From NCBI GenBank assembly GCA_024229515.1, contig JAAESI010000071.1:4023-68022 (forward strand): a stretch of DNA of 64,000 nucleotides. The letters are read 5' to 3'. The DNA is from Pseudomonadota bacterium. Lineage in GTDB: Bacteria > Myxococcota_A > UBA796 > UBA9615. The notes under the pieces are model-generated. The model saw nothing but the letters and a program-made list of their open reading frames with translations. It ran no database searches and was not told where the DNA came from. Position 1 is the first letter of the stretch, and every line of letters starts with the position of its first letter. Below are positions 1 through 9,459 of the stretch, one piece after another. A program made the translations under genes and the position numbers.

Positions 1-1350
1 TTGATGTCGTACAGCGCACGCGAGATCTCCTCCCGCGTCATGTAGTCGCTGTCCATCATCGGAGTCATCCAGTCGAACTCCGTGAAGTCGTCCAGCGTGA
101 TCCAACCCTCCTGCATCGCGTCGTCGAACAGGGGCGTACCCGGGACCGGCGTGATGGGGTGGAACGCGGGGTAGTCGACGTTCAGCTCCTTGGCCAGATC
201 GGCCTGCCGGAACATGGACTCGCGGGTCTCGTACTTGGTGCCGACGATGAACGTCGCCTGCTTGAAGATCTGCGGGTACTTGTCGAGGATTCGGAACGTC
301 TCCCGCAACTGGTCGTTGTTGTAGAAGCCCTTGTTGAAGTCCTTGAGGCGCTCGTCTTCGGCCCGCTCGACCCCGATGCAGAGGTGGCGCAGCCCGGCCG
401 CGACCAGCTTCTCCTGAATCCCGCGCTTCTCGTCGCGGATGATGCAGTCGGACCGCATGAACGCGAACCAGTTGATGTCCATCCCCGAGCGGATGATCTC
501 CTCGGCGAACTGGTCGTTCCACCGCGCGTCGATGTTCCAGGACTCGTCGACCCAGACGTACGAGCGCTTGTTGTGCTTGTAGTAGAGTTCCTCGATCTCG
601 GCGATCGTCTTGTCCACGGACTTGGTGCGCCAGCGCGGCCGCAGGCTGATGTGGCCGTCCTCGCCCTCGTCCCGGTGGGCCATCTGCGTCCACCAGACGC
701 AGAAGCTGCAGGAGGCGGTGCAGCCGCGGCTGTGGTGGATGGTGGCGCCGCCGGGGCTGAACGACAGCCGCGACGTCCCGTACTTGTCCATCGGGACGAG
801 GTCGTAGGCCGGCATCGGCAACTCATCGAGGTCCTCGATGAGGTGGCGGGCGCGCGTCTTGATGAACTGCTTCTCTTCGCCTTCGCCCTCGACGTAGACG
901 ATGCCCGCGACCTTGCTGTAGTCCGGCTTGGCTTGCCCGATCTCCTCGACCAACCCGCGCAGCGTGTACTCGCCTTCGGCGCAGACGCAGAAGTCGATCG
1001 GGTTCTCGCTCATGTACTTGTTGTACAGATTCGTGAAGTGGGCTCCGCCGACCACGCGCTTGGCTCGGGGGATGACGTCCGCGGCCATGTTGATGACCCG
1101 CATCGCCTCGTGCGCGTACAGGGCGTGGTTCTCGCCGACGCACAGCACGTCGGGGTCTTCCTCGAGCATCGCGTTCTCGAGGGAGCGCCAGCCCATCTTC
1201 AGGGGCATGCAGTCGTAGACGGAGACCTGGTGGCCGGCGGCCCGCATGGTCGCGGCGAGGTACACCAGCGACTGGGGCACGAGGTAGTTGTCGCCCTCAC
1301 TGACGAACGGCCAGTAGTACCGCGGGCTGAAGACGAACATCACGCGCATC
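1..1350 (-). CDS. B12-binding radical SAM protein. The N-terminus is at 1350 and the C-terminus runs off the window edge.
   Basis: Reverse-complement translation from the ATG at 1350 reads MRVMFVFSPRYYWPF... It has a B12-binding-like N-terminal domain and a radical SAM CxxxCxxC motif (HSRGCTASCSFC). This ORF is missing from the supplied track, and the plus ORF 159..1568 is its antisense shadow. Confidence 0.85.
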
Positions 1351-1356
1351 GCACGG

Positions 1357-2181
1357 TCACCTCGCTCGACGGCCCACCGCGAGGTGGGCACGGGGCAGCG
1401 GAGCGAGATCGGGGTCGTTCCCGAGCGTGCGCTCCAATTCCAGCAGGTCGTCGCCGTAGGCACGGTCGGACAGCCGCTCCGGGTCCACGCACCCCATCAG
1501 GGGGCCGTCGAGCACCCGGAACAACCCCTCCGATCGAACGACGTCGAGCCCGGCGCCGCGCAGTATAGCCGCGACTTCGTCGGCCGCGAGGAGCCTGACA
1601 AAGCGGTCGTTCTCCACCGCGATCGTGCGCGTTCGCACCACCTCGGTGAGTTCCGCCGGAGTTAGCCCCCCGGGGTCCGCCAGGAGCGCCCCGGGCCACG
1701 CCTCCACGGACATGACGAGGTGCCCGCCGGGGGCGAGGGTCGGGGCCAACCGGGCCGCCGTCGCCGCCGGGTCGGGCAGGTAGCAGAGCAACTCCATCGC
1801 GAGGATGAGGTCGTAGGGCCCGCCGAGGTCGGCGGAGTCGATGTCACCGTCCCGGAGCGTCACGCGATCGCCGACGCCCGCGCCGGCGACGTGCCGCCGG
1901 GCGGCCTCCAGGGACGGACCGCAGGCGTCGATGCCGACCACCGTGTGGCCCGCGTGGGCCAGCGGGATCGCCCACCGTCCGATGCCGCAGGCGGCGTCCA
2001 GCACCCGCATGGGCTCCGGCGCGTCGAGCAGATCACCGATGACGTCGCGGTACAGGCGGGTCTGCATCGCCTTGAACGCGCGCCCCGGGGAGTCTTCCGC
2101 GAGGAAGTCCATCCAGTCGGGGTACTCGTCCCAACCGCGGTTCAATCCGGCGAGGTTCCAGGCGACGGCGTTGCTGCTCAC
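1357..2181 (-). CDS. Class I SAM-dependent methyltransferase
   Basis: Glycine-rich SAM-binding motif VLDAACGIGRW followed by an acidic loop. A GTG at 2181 overlaps the upstream stop as GTGA. The gene ends 7 bp before the radical SAM start. The exact start codon is uncertain. Confidence 0.7.
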   Translation of the reverse strand: MSSNAVAWNLAGLNRGWDEYPDWMDFLAEDSPGRAFKAMQTRLYRDVIGDLLDAPEPMRVLDAACGIGRWAIPLAHAGHTVVGIDACGPSLEAARRHVAGAGVGDRVTLRDGDIDSADLGGPYDLILAMELLCYLPDPAATAARLAPTLAPGGHLVMSVEAWPGALLADPGGLTPAELTEVVRTRTIAVENDRFVRLLAADEVAAILRGAGLDVVRSEGLFRVLDGPLMGCVDPERLSDRAYGDDLLELERTLGNDPDLAPLPRAHLAVGRRAR

Positions 2182-2759
2182 GGCGCCCAATGTAGGCGGC
2201 CGTCGCGGAGGTCGCGCGCCAGCGTCTCCCCATTGCTCGCGTGCCCCGGATCGATGCGCTCGATCGACCCCGTCAGCCGGCCGCGGGCGCGCCACGGGCC
2301 GAGGTCTCCGAGCACGTCCAGGAGCTTGTGCCACGCCGGCTCGTCGGCCATCCGGGGGCGCCCGCCGTACAGCGCGCCGCCGTCGCGAAAGACCACCGCG
2401 TCCCCGGGGCGCGCTCCGGGGAAGAGGTGCCGTACCGCGCGGGCCTCATCCGCGTCGATGAACGTCCGGGCCCCTGCCGGTCCCGTGCCCCCGCTCCAGG
2501 AAACGGTGGTTCCGTGGAACGAGACGTCGACCTGCAGCCCCGGCGGCTTCGGTCGGAAGCCGGCGGCCCGGAGGGCTCGGACCCAGGGCAGGGCGCTGCC
2601 ATCCAGCAGGGGCGCTTCGCCGTGGGCGAAGCGCAGGTCGATGTCGTCGACGTCCAGCATCACGAGCGCCGCGAGCAGGTGCTCCGGCATCGTCGCGCGC
2701 CCGCCGAGGGTCGATCGGTGGGGGAGGGGGACGTGGTCTTCGGGGGTCATCGGCCGCAT
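2178..2759 (-). CDS. Hypothetical protein with no recognised family
   Basis: Minus-strand ORF with a protein-like composition. The internal Met at 2759 is chosen to avoid overlapping the DUF192 gene. Its stop overlaps the methyltransferase start by 4 bp. Confidence 0.45.
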   Translation of the reverse strand: MRPMTPEDHVPLPHRSTLGGRATMPEHLLAALVMLDVDDIDLRFAHGEAPLLDGSALPWVRALRAAGFRPKPPGLQVDVSFHGTTVSWSGGTGPAGARTFIDADEARAVRHLFPGARPGDAVVFRDGGALYGGRPRMADEPAWHKLLDVLGDLGPWRARGRLTGSIERIDPGHASNGETLARDLRDGRLHWAP

Positions 2760-2875
2760 CGGCTTGCCGCCGACGGCCCACCGCCAGCCCGCCCCGGCTC
2801 GGCCCGGCGTCACGATCACCACCGCCGGTCCGCCGCCGAAACAGGCGCGTCCGGCGAGCCGGAACCCCCGTCGCC

Positions 2876-3325
2876 TCACGGCTGGGGCAGCTCGAACTCG
2901 GCCTTGGCCCCGACCTCGATGCCCCGCTCGGCGAACCATCCCTGGTTCACCTCCAGCGCGTACAGCGCCGGCGCCTTGCTCGGGTGCGATACCTCCGACT
3001 GCGGATGCATGTCCTGGATGTCCACGATCACCCCGTCGGCATCCAGGAACGCGATCGACAGCGGCACGAAGGTGTTCTTCATCCAGAAGCTCAGCTTCTT
3101 GGGCTCGTCGTAGACGAAGATCATCCCGGCGTTGGTGCCCAGGCTGCGGCGGTACATCAGCCCGCGGCTCTGCTCCTGCGGCGTGCGGGCGACCTCAGCC
3201 TTCACCTTGTGCCCATCGACCACGATCGTGATCACGGCGAGGCCCGCGTCCGAGGTGCGGGTGCACGACGGAGCCTGGAGCACGAACAGCGCCATCAGCG
3301 CCAACGGAAGAAGCGAACGGATCAC
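2876..3325 (-). CDS. DUF192 family secreted protein
   Basis: Signal peptide MIRSLLPLALMALFVLQAPSC, then sequence typical of DUF192 (MIFVYDEPKKLSFWMKNTFVPLSIAFLDADGVIVDI). Confidence 0.8.
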   Translation of the reverse strand: MIRSLLPLALMALFVLQAPSCTRTSDAGLAVITIVVDGHKVKAEVARTPQEQSRGLMYRRSLGTNAGMIFVYDEPKKLSFWMKNTFVPLSIAFLDADGVIVDIQDMHPQSEVSHPSKAPALYALEVNQGWFAERGIEVGAKAEFELPQP

Positions 3326-3327
3326 GG

Positions 3328-4350
3328 TCAGAAGAGCTGCCCGGTCTTGCCCGGCGGGGTGCGGATCCCGAGGTGCTGGTACGCCAGCGAGCCGGCGAGG
3401 CGGCCCTGGCGGCTGCGCACGATGTAGCCCTGCTGGACGAGGTACGGCTCGTAGACGTCCTCGAGGGTGTCGCGCTCCTCGCCGACGGCGGCGGCGAGCG
3501 CCTCGATGCCGACGGGGCCGCCCGCGAATCGTTCCACCAGCGTCGTGAGCAGGCGACGGTCCATCTTGTCGAGCCCGGCGCGGTCCACGTCCAGCCGCTT
3601 GAGCGACGAGGCCACCACCTCCGTGTCGATCGAGCCGTCGCCTTCGACCTGCGCGAAGTCCCGGACCCGGCGCAGCAGCCGGTTCGCGATCCGGGGGGTG
3701 CCCCGCGACCGCTTCGCCAGCTCCAGCGCGGCTTCGTCCACGATCGGCACTTCGAGCAGCCCGGCCGATCGGCGGACGATCGCCGCCAGCTCGTCGGCGG
3801 TGTAGAAATCGAGCACGGCGACGTAGCCGAAGCGGGCCCGGAACGGCGAGCTGAGCAGCCCCTCGCGGGTCGTGGCGCCCACCAGGGTGAACGGCGGGAG
3901 GGTGAACTTGAGCGCCCGCGCGGCGGGTCCGGCCCCCAGCACGATGTCGATCTCGTAGTCCTCCATCGCGGGGTACAGGACCTCCTGCACGGTCCGGTTG
4001 AGGCGGTGAATCTCGTCGATGAAGAGCACGTCGCCTTCATCCAGGTTCGACACGATCGCGGCCAGATCGCCGCCCCGCTCCAACACCGGGCCCGAGGTCG
4101 CTTTGATCTGCACCCCCATCTCGCGCGCGATCACGTGCGCCAGGGTCGTCTTGCCCAGCCCCGGGGGGCCCGCGAACAGCACGTGGTCCAGCGCCTCGTT
4201 CCGCTGGCGGGCGGCCTCGATGAAGACCCGCAGGTTGCTCAGCAGTGCCTTCTGCCCGACGTACTCGTCCAGGGTGGAGGGGCGGAGGCTGAGCTCGTCG
4301 CCGATCTCCTCGGCGTCGGGCTGCATGTCGGGGCTCAGGTCACGGTCCAC
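3328..4350 (-). CDS. ruvB: Holliday junction branch migration helicase RuvB
   Basis: Walker [12 protein letters not shown], and full-length similarity pattern to RuvB (LFIDEIHRL, the RuvB C-terminal winged helix). Confidence 0.95.
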   Translation of the reverse strand: MDRDLSPDMQPDAEEIGDELSLRPSTLDEYVGQKALLSNLRVFIEAARQRNEALDHVLFAGPPGLGKTTLAHVIAREMGVQIKATSGPVLERGGDLAAIVSNLDEGDVLFIDEIHRLNRTVQEVLYPAMEDYEIDIVLGAGPAARALKFTLPPFTLVGATTREGLLSSPFRARFGYVAVLDFYTADELAAIVRRSAGLLEVPIVDEAALELAKRSRGTPRIANRLLRRVRDFAQVEGDGSIDTEVVASSLKRLDVDRAGLDKMDRRLLTTLVERFAGGPVGIEALAAAVGEERDTLEDVYEPYLVQQGYIVRSRQGRLAGSLAYQHLGIRTPPGKTGQLF

Positions 4351-4378
4351 GGCCTCACTCTAGCGGTCGGGATACGAT

Positions 4379-5545
4379 GTGTGCGCCTCCATGGCAGAAG
4401 GCGATTTCCAACTCGAAGACGACTACCGCCGGTGGGTTCGCCTGCTCGCCGCCGACCCCCAGGTAGCCGCCCAGCAGGCCGATGAGCTGTGCCAGCGGTT
4501 CATGGACGCGGGACGCATGGACGCGGCCGGCGCGGTGCTGGAAGACGTGCTCGTCGTCGACGGCCTCCGCGAGGAGCAGATCGCCGCCCTGGGTACGCGC
4601 CTGGGGCGCTTCTTGAGCTTGTCTGGACGGCACGCCGAAGCGGATCGCTGGTTCGCCGTCGCCGGCGATGCCGCCGACGCGACCGGGCGACCCTACCTCC
4701 GCCTCGAAGCCGCCGCCCAGGAGGGGATCGGCCGCCTCCTGAGCTGCCGGATGGGGGAGGCGGTGTTGCTGCTGGACCGCGCCGCGGGCCTCGCCGACGA
4801 CGCCACTGATCTCGACTTCCGGATCCACATCCTCCGCTACCTGGGCCACGCCCACGCCTTCCTGGCCCAGCTCGAGGAGGCTGATGAGGCCTACCTCCGG
4901 GCTCTGGCGGAGGCTGACGGGGGCGGCGCGCTCCGATGGCTCGCGGCCGCGCCCGACGATCTCGCGCGCAACGCCCACCAGGGCGCTCGGTTGGAGGACG
5001 CGGAGGCGTACCTCGCCGCTTCGGAGGCCGCCTACGACGAGATCGGCCGTCCCCACGCGATGCTGCTGATGCACGAGCACCGCGCCACCTTCCGGTTGGA
5101 GCAGGGCCGTGTTGACGAGGCCGTCGCCGATCTGGATCGGGCGACATCGCTGATGCTGGCGTTCCCCTGCGCGCCGGAGGCCCGACTGCTCCCCCGCCGC
5201 GCCCAGGCCCAGCACCTGCGCGGCGACGTCACCGGCGCTCGCGACTTCTACGAGCTCGCCCGGCGGGGGTTCGAAGCGATTGGGGAGTGGCGGGGTGAGG
5301 CGTTCGTGTTGGCGTGGCAGGCGGTCCTGGAGAGCCAGGACGGACGGCCGGACGAAGCGGCGCTCCTGATCGCGGGAGCTCGTCGGCTCATCGCCGACAT
5401 CGACGGGGCGATCGAGCGGCCGCTGGTGGACGCGGCCGAAGCGGCGGTGCGCGGCGAACCGATGCCGGACGCCTTCTGCGACTGTTCGGCGGATGTGCGT
5501 CTGGTGCATCGCCTTGCGGCGGTCCCCCCGCCGCCGGTGCAGTAG
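4379..5545 (+). CDS. Hypothetical helical, TPR-like protein
   Basis: Protein is rich in Ala, Leu, Glu, Asp and Arg with repeated helical-hairpin-like segments. The overlapping minus-strand frame shares its wobble position with this ORF and looks like Ser/Arg-rich shadow, apart from a lipoprotein-like N-terminus described in the findings. Confidence 0.55.
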   Translation: MCASMAEGDFQLEDDYRRWVRLLAADPQVAAQQADELCQRFMDAGRMDAAGAVLEDVLVVDGLREEQIAALGTRLGRFLSLSGRHAEADRWFAVAGDAADATGRPYLRLEAAAQEGIGRLLSCRMGEAVLLLDRAAGLADDATDLDFRIHILRYLGHAHAFLAQLEEADEAYLRALAEADGGGALRWLAAAPDDLARNAHQGARLEDAEAYLAASEAAYDEIGRPHAMLLMHEHRATFRLEQGRVDEAVADLDRATSLMLAFPCAPEARLLPRRAQAQHLRGDVTGARDFYELARRGFEAIGEWRGEAFVLAWQAVLESQDGRPDEAALLIAGARRLIADIDGAIERPLVDAAEAAVRGEPMPDAFCDCSADVRLVHRLAAVPPPPVQ

Positions 5546-5645
5546 GCGACCTCGAAGCCAGCCGAATCCAAGGTCGGCGCGGGCGGGGCCGCCTTGCCGC
5601 CGCACCCCACCAGCAGCGCCAGGCTCAACGCGGCCAGCGGCCTCC

Positions 5646-6260
5646 TCATGAGGGTGACAGGGCTTTGAGCGCGCGCCGCAGCAGGGTCTGGACCGTGTCC
5701 TCGGCGGTCGGGTCGGCCGCTGCGAGGGCCTTCTTGATCTCCCGCGCGTTGTATCCGAGGGCCGCCAACGCGGCCGTCGCATCCTCCACCGCCGGCGGAT
5801 CCGCGGTCACGGTCGCGCCGTCGAGGCTCGCGGACAAGCTCGGATGGGGGAGCAGCTTGCCGAGCTTGTCCTTCAGCTCGAGGCACAGCCGCGCCGCCGT
5901 CTTCTTCCCCAGGCCCGGGATCCGCGTCAGCCCGACGATGTCGTCCCGGGCGATCGCATCGGCCAGGGTCTTGGGCTCGACCGTGCCGACCAGCGCGAGC
6001 GCCAGCTTCGGCCCGATCCCGCTGACCGACTGCACCACCCGGAACACCCGCCGGTCGGGCTCCGTGCCGAATCCGTACAGCGTGATCGCGTCCTCGCGCA
6101 CGTGGGTGTGGATGTGGAGCGTCACCTCGGCTCCCACGGCGGGCAGCTCCATCAGCACCCGCGGCGCCACCAGCACCTCGTAGCCGACGCCGCTGCCGAC
6201 CTCGACCAACACCCGATCCGGCTCCGTGGCCAGCAGCAATCCTCGCAGTCGACCGATCAT
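5646..6260 (-). CDS. ruvA: Holliday junction DNA helicase subunit RuvA
   Basis: RuvA N-terminal OB fold, HhH motifs (IPGLGKKTAARL) and the C-terminal domain. Confidence 0.95.
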   Translation of the reverse strand: MIGRLRGLLLATEPDRVLVEVGSGVGYEVLVAPRVLMELPAVGAEVTLHIHTHVREDAITLYGFGTEPDRRVFRVVQSVSGIGPKLALALVGTVEPKTLADAIARDDIVGLTRIPGLGKKTAARLCLELKDKLGKLLPHPSLSASLDGATVTADPPAVEDATAALAALGYNAREIKKALAAADPTAEDTVQTLLRRALKALSPS

Positions 6261-6817
6261 CCCCGCACCTTCCGCAGCGGCTTCTTGGGACCGCCTCCCT
6301 TGGCGGCATCCTCGGCCGCTTTGACCTTCGCCTTGAAGTCTCCGACATGCGCGTGGCAGATGGCCACCGCCAAGGCATCGGTTCGGTCCGCGGCCCCGTC
6401 CAGCTCCTCCTTGAGCAGCATCTCGACCATCCGTCGCACCTGCTCCTTGTCCGCCGCGCCGCTGCCCGTCACCGCCTTCTTCACCGTCGCGGGCGGGTAC
6501 TCACGGACCGTCAGCCCGGCCTGGGCGGCGGCGAGCACGAGCACCCCCCGGGCGTGCCCCAGCTGCAGCGCGGAGCGCGCATGTTCGGCGTGGAAGACGG
6601 CTTCGATGGCGAAGTGATCGGGGCTCGTACGGGCGAGCACGGCGGTCAGTTCTTTGTGCAGGAACGCCAGGCGCTCGGCGAACACGGCCTTGCGCGGTGG
6701 GCGGATGAGTCCGCTGTCGATGTGCTCGATCCGGCTGCCCGTCCGCTGCACCAGCCCCCAGCCGGTGCAGAAGCCGCCGGGGTCGACCCCGAACACGCGG
6801 ACGGGGAGAGCGCTCAA
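6257..6817 (-). CDS. ruvC: Crossover junction endodeoxyribonuclease RuvC
   Basis: N-terminal VFGVDPG catalytic motif. The stop overlaps the ruvA start by 4 bp. Confidence 0.95.
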   Translation of the reverse strand: MSALPVRVFGVDPGGFCTGWGLVQRTGSRIEHIDSGLIRPPRKAVFAERLAFLHKELTAVLARTSPDHFAIEAVFHAEHARSALQLGHARGVLVLAAAQAGLTVREYPPATVKKAVTGSGAADKEQVRRMVEMLLKEELDGAADRTDALAVAICHAHVGDFKAKVKAAEDAAKGGGPKKPLRKVRG

Positions 6818-7581
6818 GTGGCCGCGATCCGCTCCATCTCCTCGTCGGAGATCTCGAAGTTGGCGTGCACGTTTTGCACGTCATCGTTTTCCTCCAGCAC
6901 CTCGATGAGGGCCAGGAGCTTGTCGGCGTCGCCGCCCTCGACGGGGACGGAGACGGTGGGGATCCACCACAGCCCGTACTCCTCGAGCTTCACCCCCTCG
7001 CCCTCGAGTCCTTCTCGGAGGGTCTCGAGGTCGCCGACTTCGCAGACGACCTGCCAGACGTCATCGCCGTTGTCGTTGACGTCTTCGGTGACGTCGTCGG
7101 CGCCGTGCTCCATGCCCGCCATCAGGAGATCTTCCTCCTCGATCGAGTCATGAGGGACGAGCAGCCGGCCGACCCGGTTGAAGCTGTGGGCGGCCGCGCC
7201 GGAGGCGGCCAACGGAATGCCCCGCTTGCTCAGCAGGTGCTTGATCTCCGGCCCCGTGCGGGCCCGGTTGTCGGTCAGCACCTCGATCAGAAGCGCCACG
7301 CCGCCGGGGCCGTAGGCCTCGTACATGACCTCTTCGAAGGTCTGCCCGTCGAGCAGCCCGGCGCCCTTCTTGATGGCGCGGTCGAGGTTCTCGCGGGGGA
7401 GCGACACCGCCTTGGCCTTCGCGATCGCGAGGCGTAGGCGCGGGTTGGCGTCAGGATCCGGTCCGCCCACGCGGGCAGCGACCATGATGTCCTTGACGAC
7501 CTTGCTGAAGAGCTTGCTCCGCTTGGCGTCCTGGGCGCCCTTGCGGTGCTTGATGTTGGCCCATTTGGAATGGCCTGCCAT
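6814..7581 (-). CDS. yebC: YebC/PmpR family DNA-binding transcriptional regulator
   Basis: Start MAGHSKWANIKHRKGAQDAKR is confirmed at nucleotide level. The stop overlaps the ruvC start by 4 bp. Confidence 0.9.
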   Translation of the reverse strand: MAGHSKWANIKHRKGAQDAKRSKLFSKVVKDIMVAARVGGPDPDANPRLRLAIAKAKAVSLPRENLDRAIKKGAGLLDGQTFEEVMYEAYGPGGVALLIEVLTDNRARTGPEIKHLLSKRGIPLAASGAAAHSFNRVGRLLVPHDSIEEEDLLMAGMEHGADDVTEDVNDNGDDVWQVVCEVGDLETLREGLEGEGVKLEEYGLWWIPTVSVPVEGGDADKLLALIEVLEENDDVQNVHANFEISDEEMERIAAT

Positions 7582-7685
7582 CGCGTGTCTCACTCGGTTG
7601 GGGGGTGGGAACGAATGCCCAAAAAGGCGGCGATGGGATAGCATGCGGCCGGATCGGCTGCAATCTCTCGAACTCGGGGCGCCTC

Positions 7686-8021
7686 ATGGAAGGCAGAGAG
7701 CAACGCAGCCGCCGACGCCGGCCCCTGATCGTCGAGGTCAAGGTCCAGCAGAGCGACGAGGTGTACCTCTACACCGCGCGCAACCTGTCCGTCGGCGGCA
7801 TGTTCATCGACACTCCCGTTCCGCTCCCTCCGGGGACGGATCTGGCGCTGGAGTTCAAGCTCCCGGGCGGCGATGCGCTCGAGGTCGGCGGCGAGGTCCG
7901 CTGGAACACCAACTCCGGTGCGCCCGGCGTGCGGATCAAGCACCCCGGCATGGGCGTCGGCTTCAAGGACCTGCCCCCCACCGGGCACCAGCGCTTGCTG
8001 TCCTGGGTTGAGGGTTCGTGA
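7686..8021 (+). CDS. PilZ domain protein
   Basis: c-di-GMP binding motifs RRRRPL...(D/N)xSxGG, here NLSVGGMFI. The internal ATG at 7686 is taken as the start. Confidence 0.75.
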   Translation: MEGREQRSRRRRPLIVEVKVQQSDEVYLYTARNLSVGGMFIDTPVPLPPGTDLALEFKLPGGDALEVGGEVRWNTNSGAPGVRIKHPGMGVGFKDLPPTGHQRLLSWVEGS

Positions 8022-8314
8022 AGCTCCCCGTGGCGCACTGCCCCAAGTGCCGCTGCGACGTCATCGTCTACCGAACGACCGCCCCCGACGCGGACGCCTT
8101 GACGGCGCCTCTGCAGACCCGCTGCATCGATTGCGATACCCGCCTGGACCGGTTCGGCCAGGAGCCGGAGGTTGCTCTGCACCCGTGGGAGCAGGTCACG
8201 TCCGATGGCTACACGGATCTGGATATGGATAGGCCGCGTCCGATCGGTCGCGGCGGGTGTTTCGAGACGCGCGGCTGCGACGGCTGCCCGAAGATCGACT
8301 CTCGGCCCTGGTAG
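8018..8314 (+). CDS. Small cysteine-rich zinc-ribbon protein
   Basis: Two CxxC pairs and one CxxxC motif (CPKCRC, CIDCDTRL, CDGCPK). A GTG start overlaps the PilZ stop as GTGA. Confidence 0.55.
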   Translation: MKLPVAHCPKCRCDVIVYRTTAPDADALTAPLQTRCIDCDTRLDRFGQEPEVALHPWEQVTSDGYTDLDMDRPRPIGRGGCFETRGCDGCPKIDSRPW

Positions 8315-8320
8315 GGACCG

Positions 8321-9388
8321 CTACTTCTTCTTGTTCTTTTTGACCTGGACCGTGGGGCGCTGAAGCGTCTCCACCACGGGGGTCGGATCGGTCCGCTCCT
8401 GGGGGTCGGTGGGCGCGGTCGGAGGGGCGATGCGGACCTGGTTCCGGCCGGCATGCTTGGCCGCGTAGAGCGCCAGATCGGCCCGCTGCAGCCACTCGTG
8501 GAGCTCCTCTTCCTCCTCCAGGGCGGCAACGCCGATCGACGCCGTGACGGTCAATCCGGGGCTCAGGCTGTCGAGGTTGAGCTTGCCCACCGCCTCGCGC
8601 AGACGCTCGCCCACGCGGGCCGCCTCGGGGCGGTCGGTGCCGGGGAGGATCACGCAGAACTCCTCGCCGCCGTAGCGGACGGCGGAGTCGGCGGTGCGCA
8701 CGGTCGCCCGCACCGACTCGGCGACGCGCCACAGGACCTCGTCGCCGACGAGGTGGCCGTGGTTGTCGTTGATGGCCTTGAAGTGGTCCAGGTCGATGAT
8801 CAGGAGCGACATCACCTGCTTGTTCCGGCGGTGCGCCTTCATCAGCCCGGGAAGCTGCTCGTCCATGTAGCGGCGGCTGTAGAGCCTGGTGAGGGTGTCC
8901 TTGCGGGCGTTGCGGACCTGGCGGCTGATGTCCTCCTGGAACGCCACGTCGGCGGAGTCCATGAGGCGGAATCGCAGCACCACGTCGCCGATGCGGATGA
9001 GGTCTCCGTCGGCGATCTTGACCTTGCCCTCGGCCATCTCGCCGCCGACCCGGGTGCCGTTGGTGGAGCCCAGGTCCTCGACGAACACCTCCAGCGGGGC
9101 CGCTTCGTGCCGCACCAGGGTGAAGCGCGCGTGGCAGCGGGAGACGGAAGCGTCTTTGACCTGGAACGTGGCGACCTCGCCCCGGCCGACCTCGATGGAG
9201 TCGGCGTCTTCGGGGAAGGGGAACCAGTCACCGACCGTCGGTCCGCGTTGGACCAGCAGCGCTGGACGCTGCGAAACGGCGAACAGCCCGGCACCCTCGC
9301 CAGTGGAGGCGCCGCGGGTGGTGAACAGCGTGTGCTCCTCTGTGGGAGCGCCCGCCATCGGCCATTCGGTGTTGCTACCCCGGTTCAT
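8321..9388 (-). CDS. FHA domain-containing diguanylate cyclase (GGDEF)
   Basis: N-terminal FHA-like region (GRGEVATFQVKDASVSRCHARF...GSTNGTRV) and a C-terminal GGDEF domain with an RYGGEEF active site. Confidence 0.85.
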   Translation of the reverse strand: MNRGSNTEWPMAGAPTEEHTLFTTRGASTGEGAGLFAVSQRPALLVQRGPTVGDWFPFPEDADSIEVGRGEVATFQVKDASVSRCHARFTLVRHEAAPLEVFVEDLGSTNGTRVGGEMAEGKVKIADGDLIRIGDVVLRFRLMDSADVAFQEDISRQVRNARKDTLTRLYSRRYMDEQLPGLMKAHRRNKQVMSLLIIDLDHFKAINDNHGHLVGDEVLWRVAESVRATVRTADSAVRYGGEEFCVILPGTDRPEAARVGERLREAVGKLNLDSLSPGLTVTASIGVAALEEEEELHEWLQRADLALYAAKHAGRNQVRIAPPTAPTDPQERTDPTPVVETLQRPTVQVKKNKKK

Positions 9389-9459
9389 CCACGCTCAGTA
9401 TCGGCTGTCCGGTGCGCGATCTTGAGCGTTTCCCGACAAAAAGAGTCGGGTCGCCCCAA

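Noticed and set aside
159-1568. 469-aa plus-strand ORF
   Set aside because: It is antisense, in the shared-wobble frame, to a clearly recognisable B12-binding radical SAM gene on the minus strand. Its composition is Arg/Val/Asp-rich shadow-like and it has no motifs.
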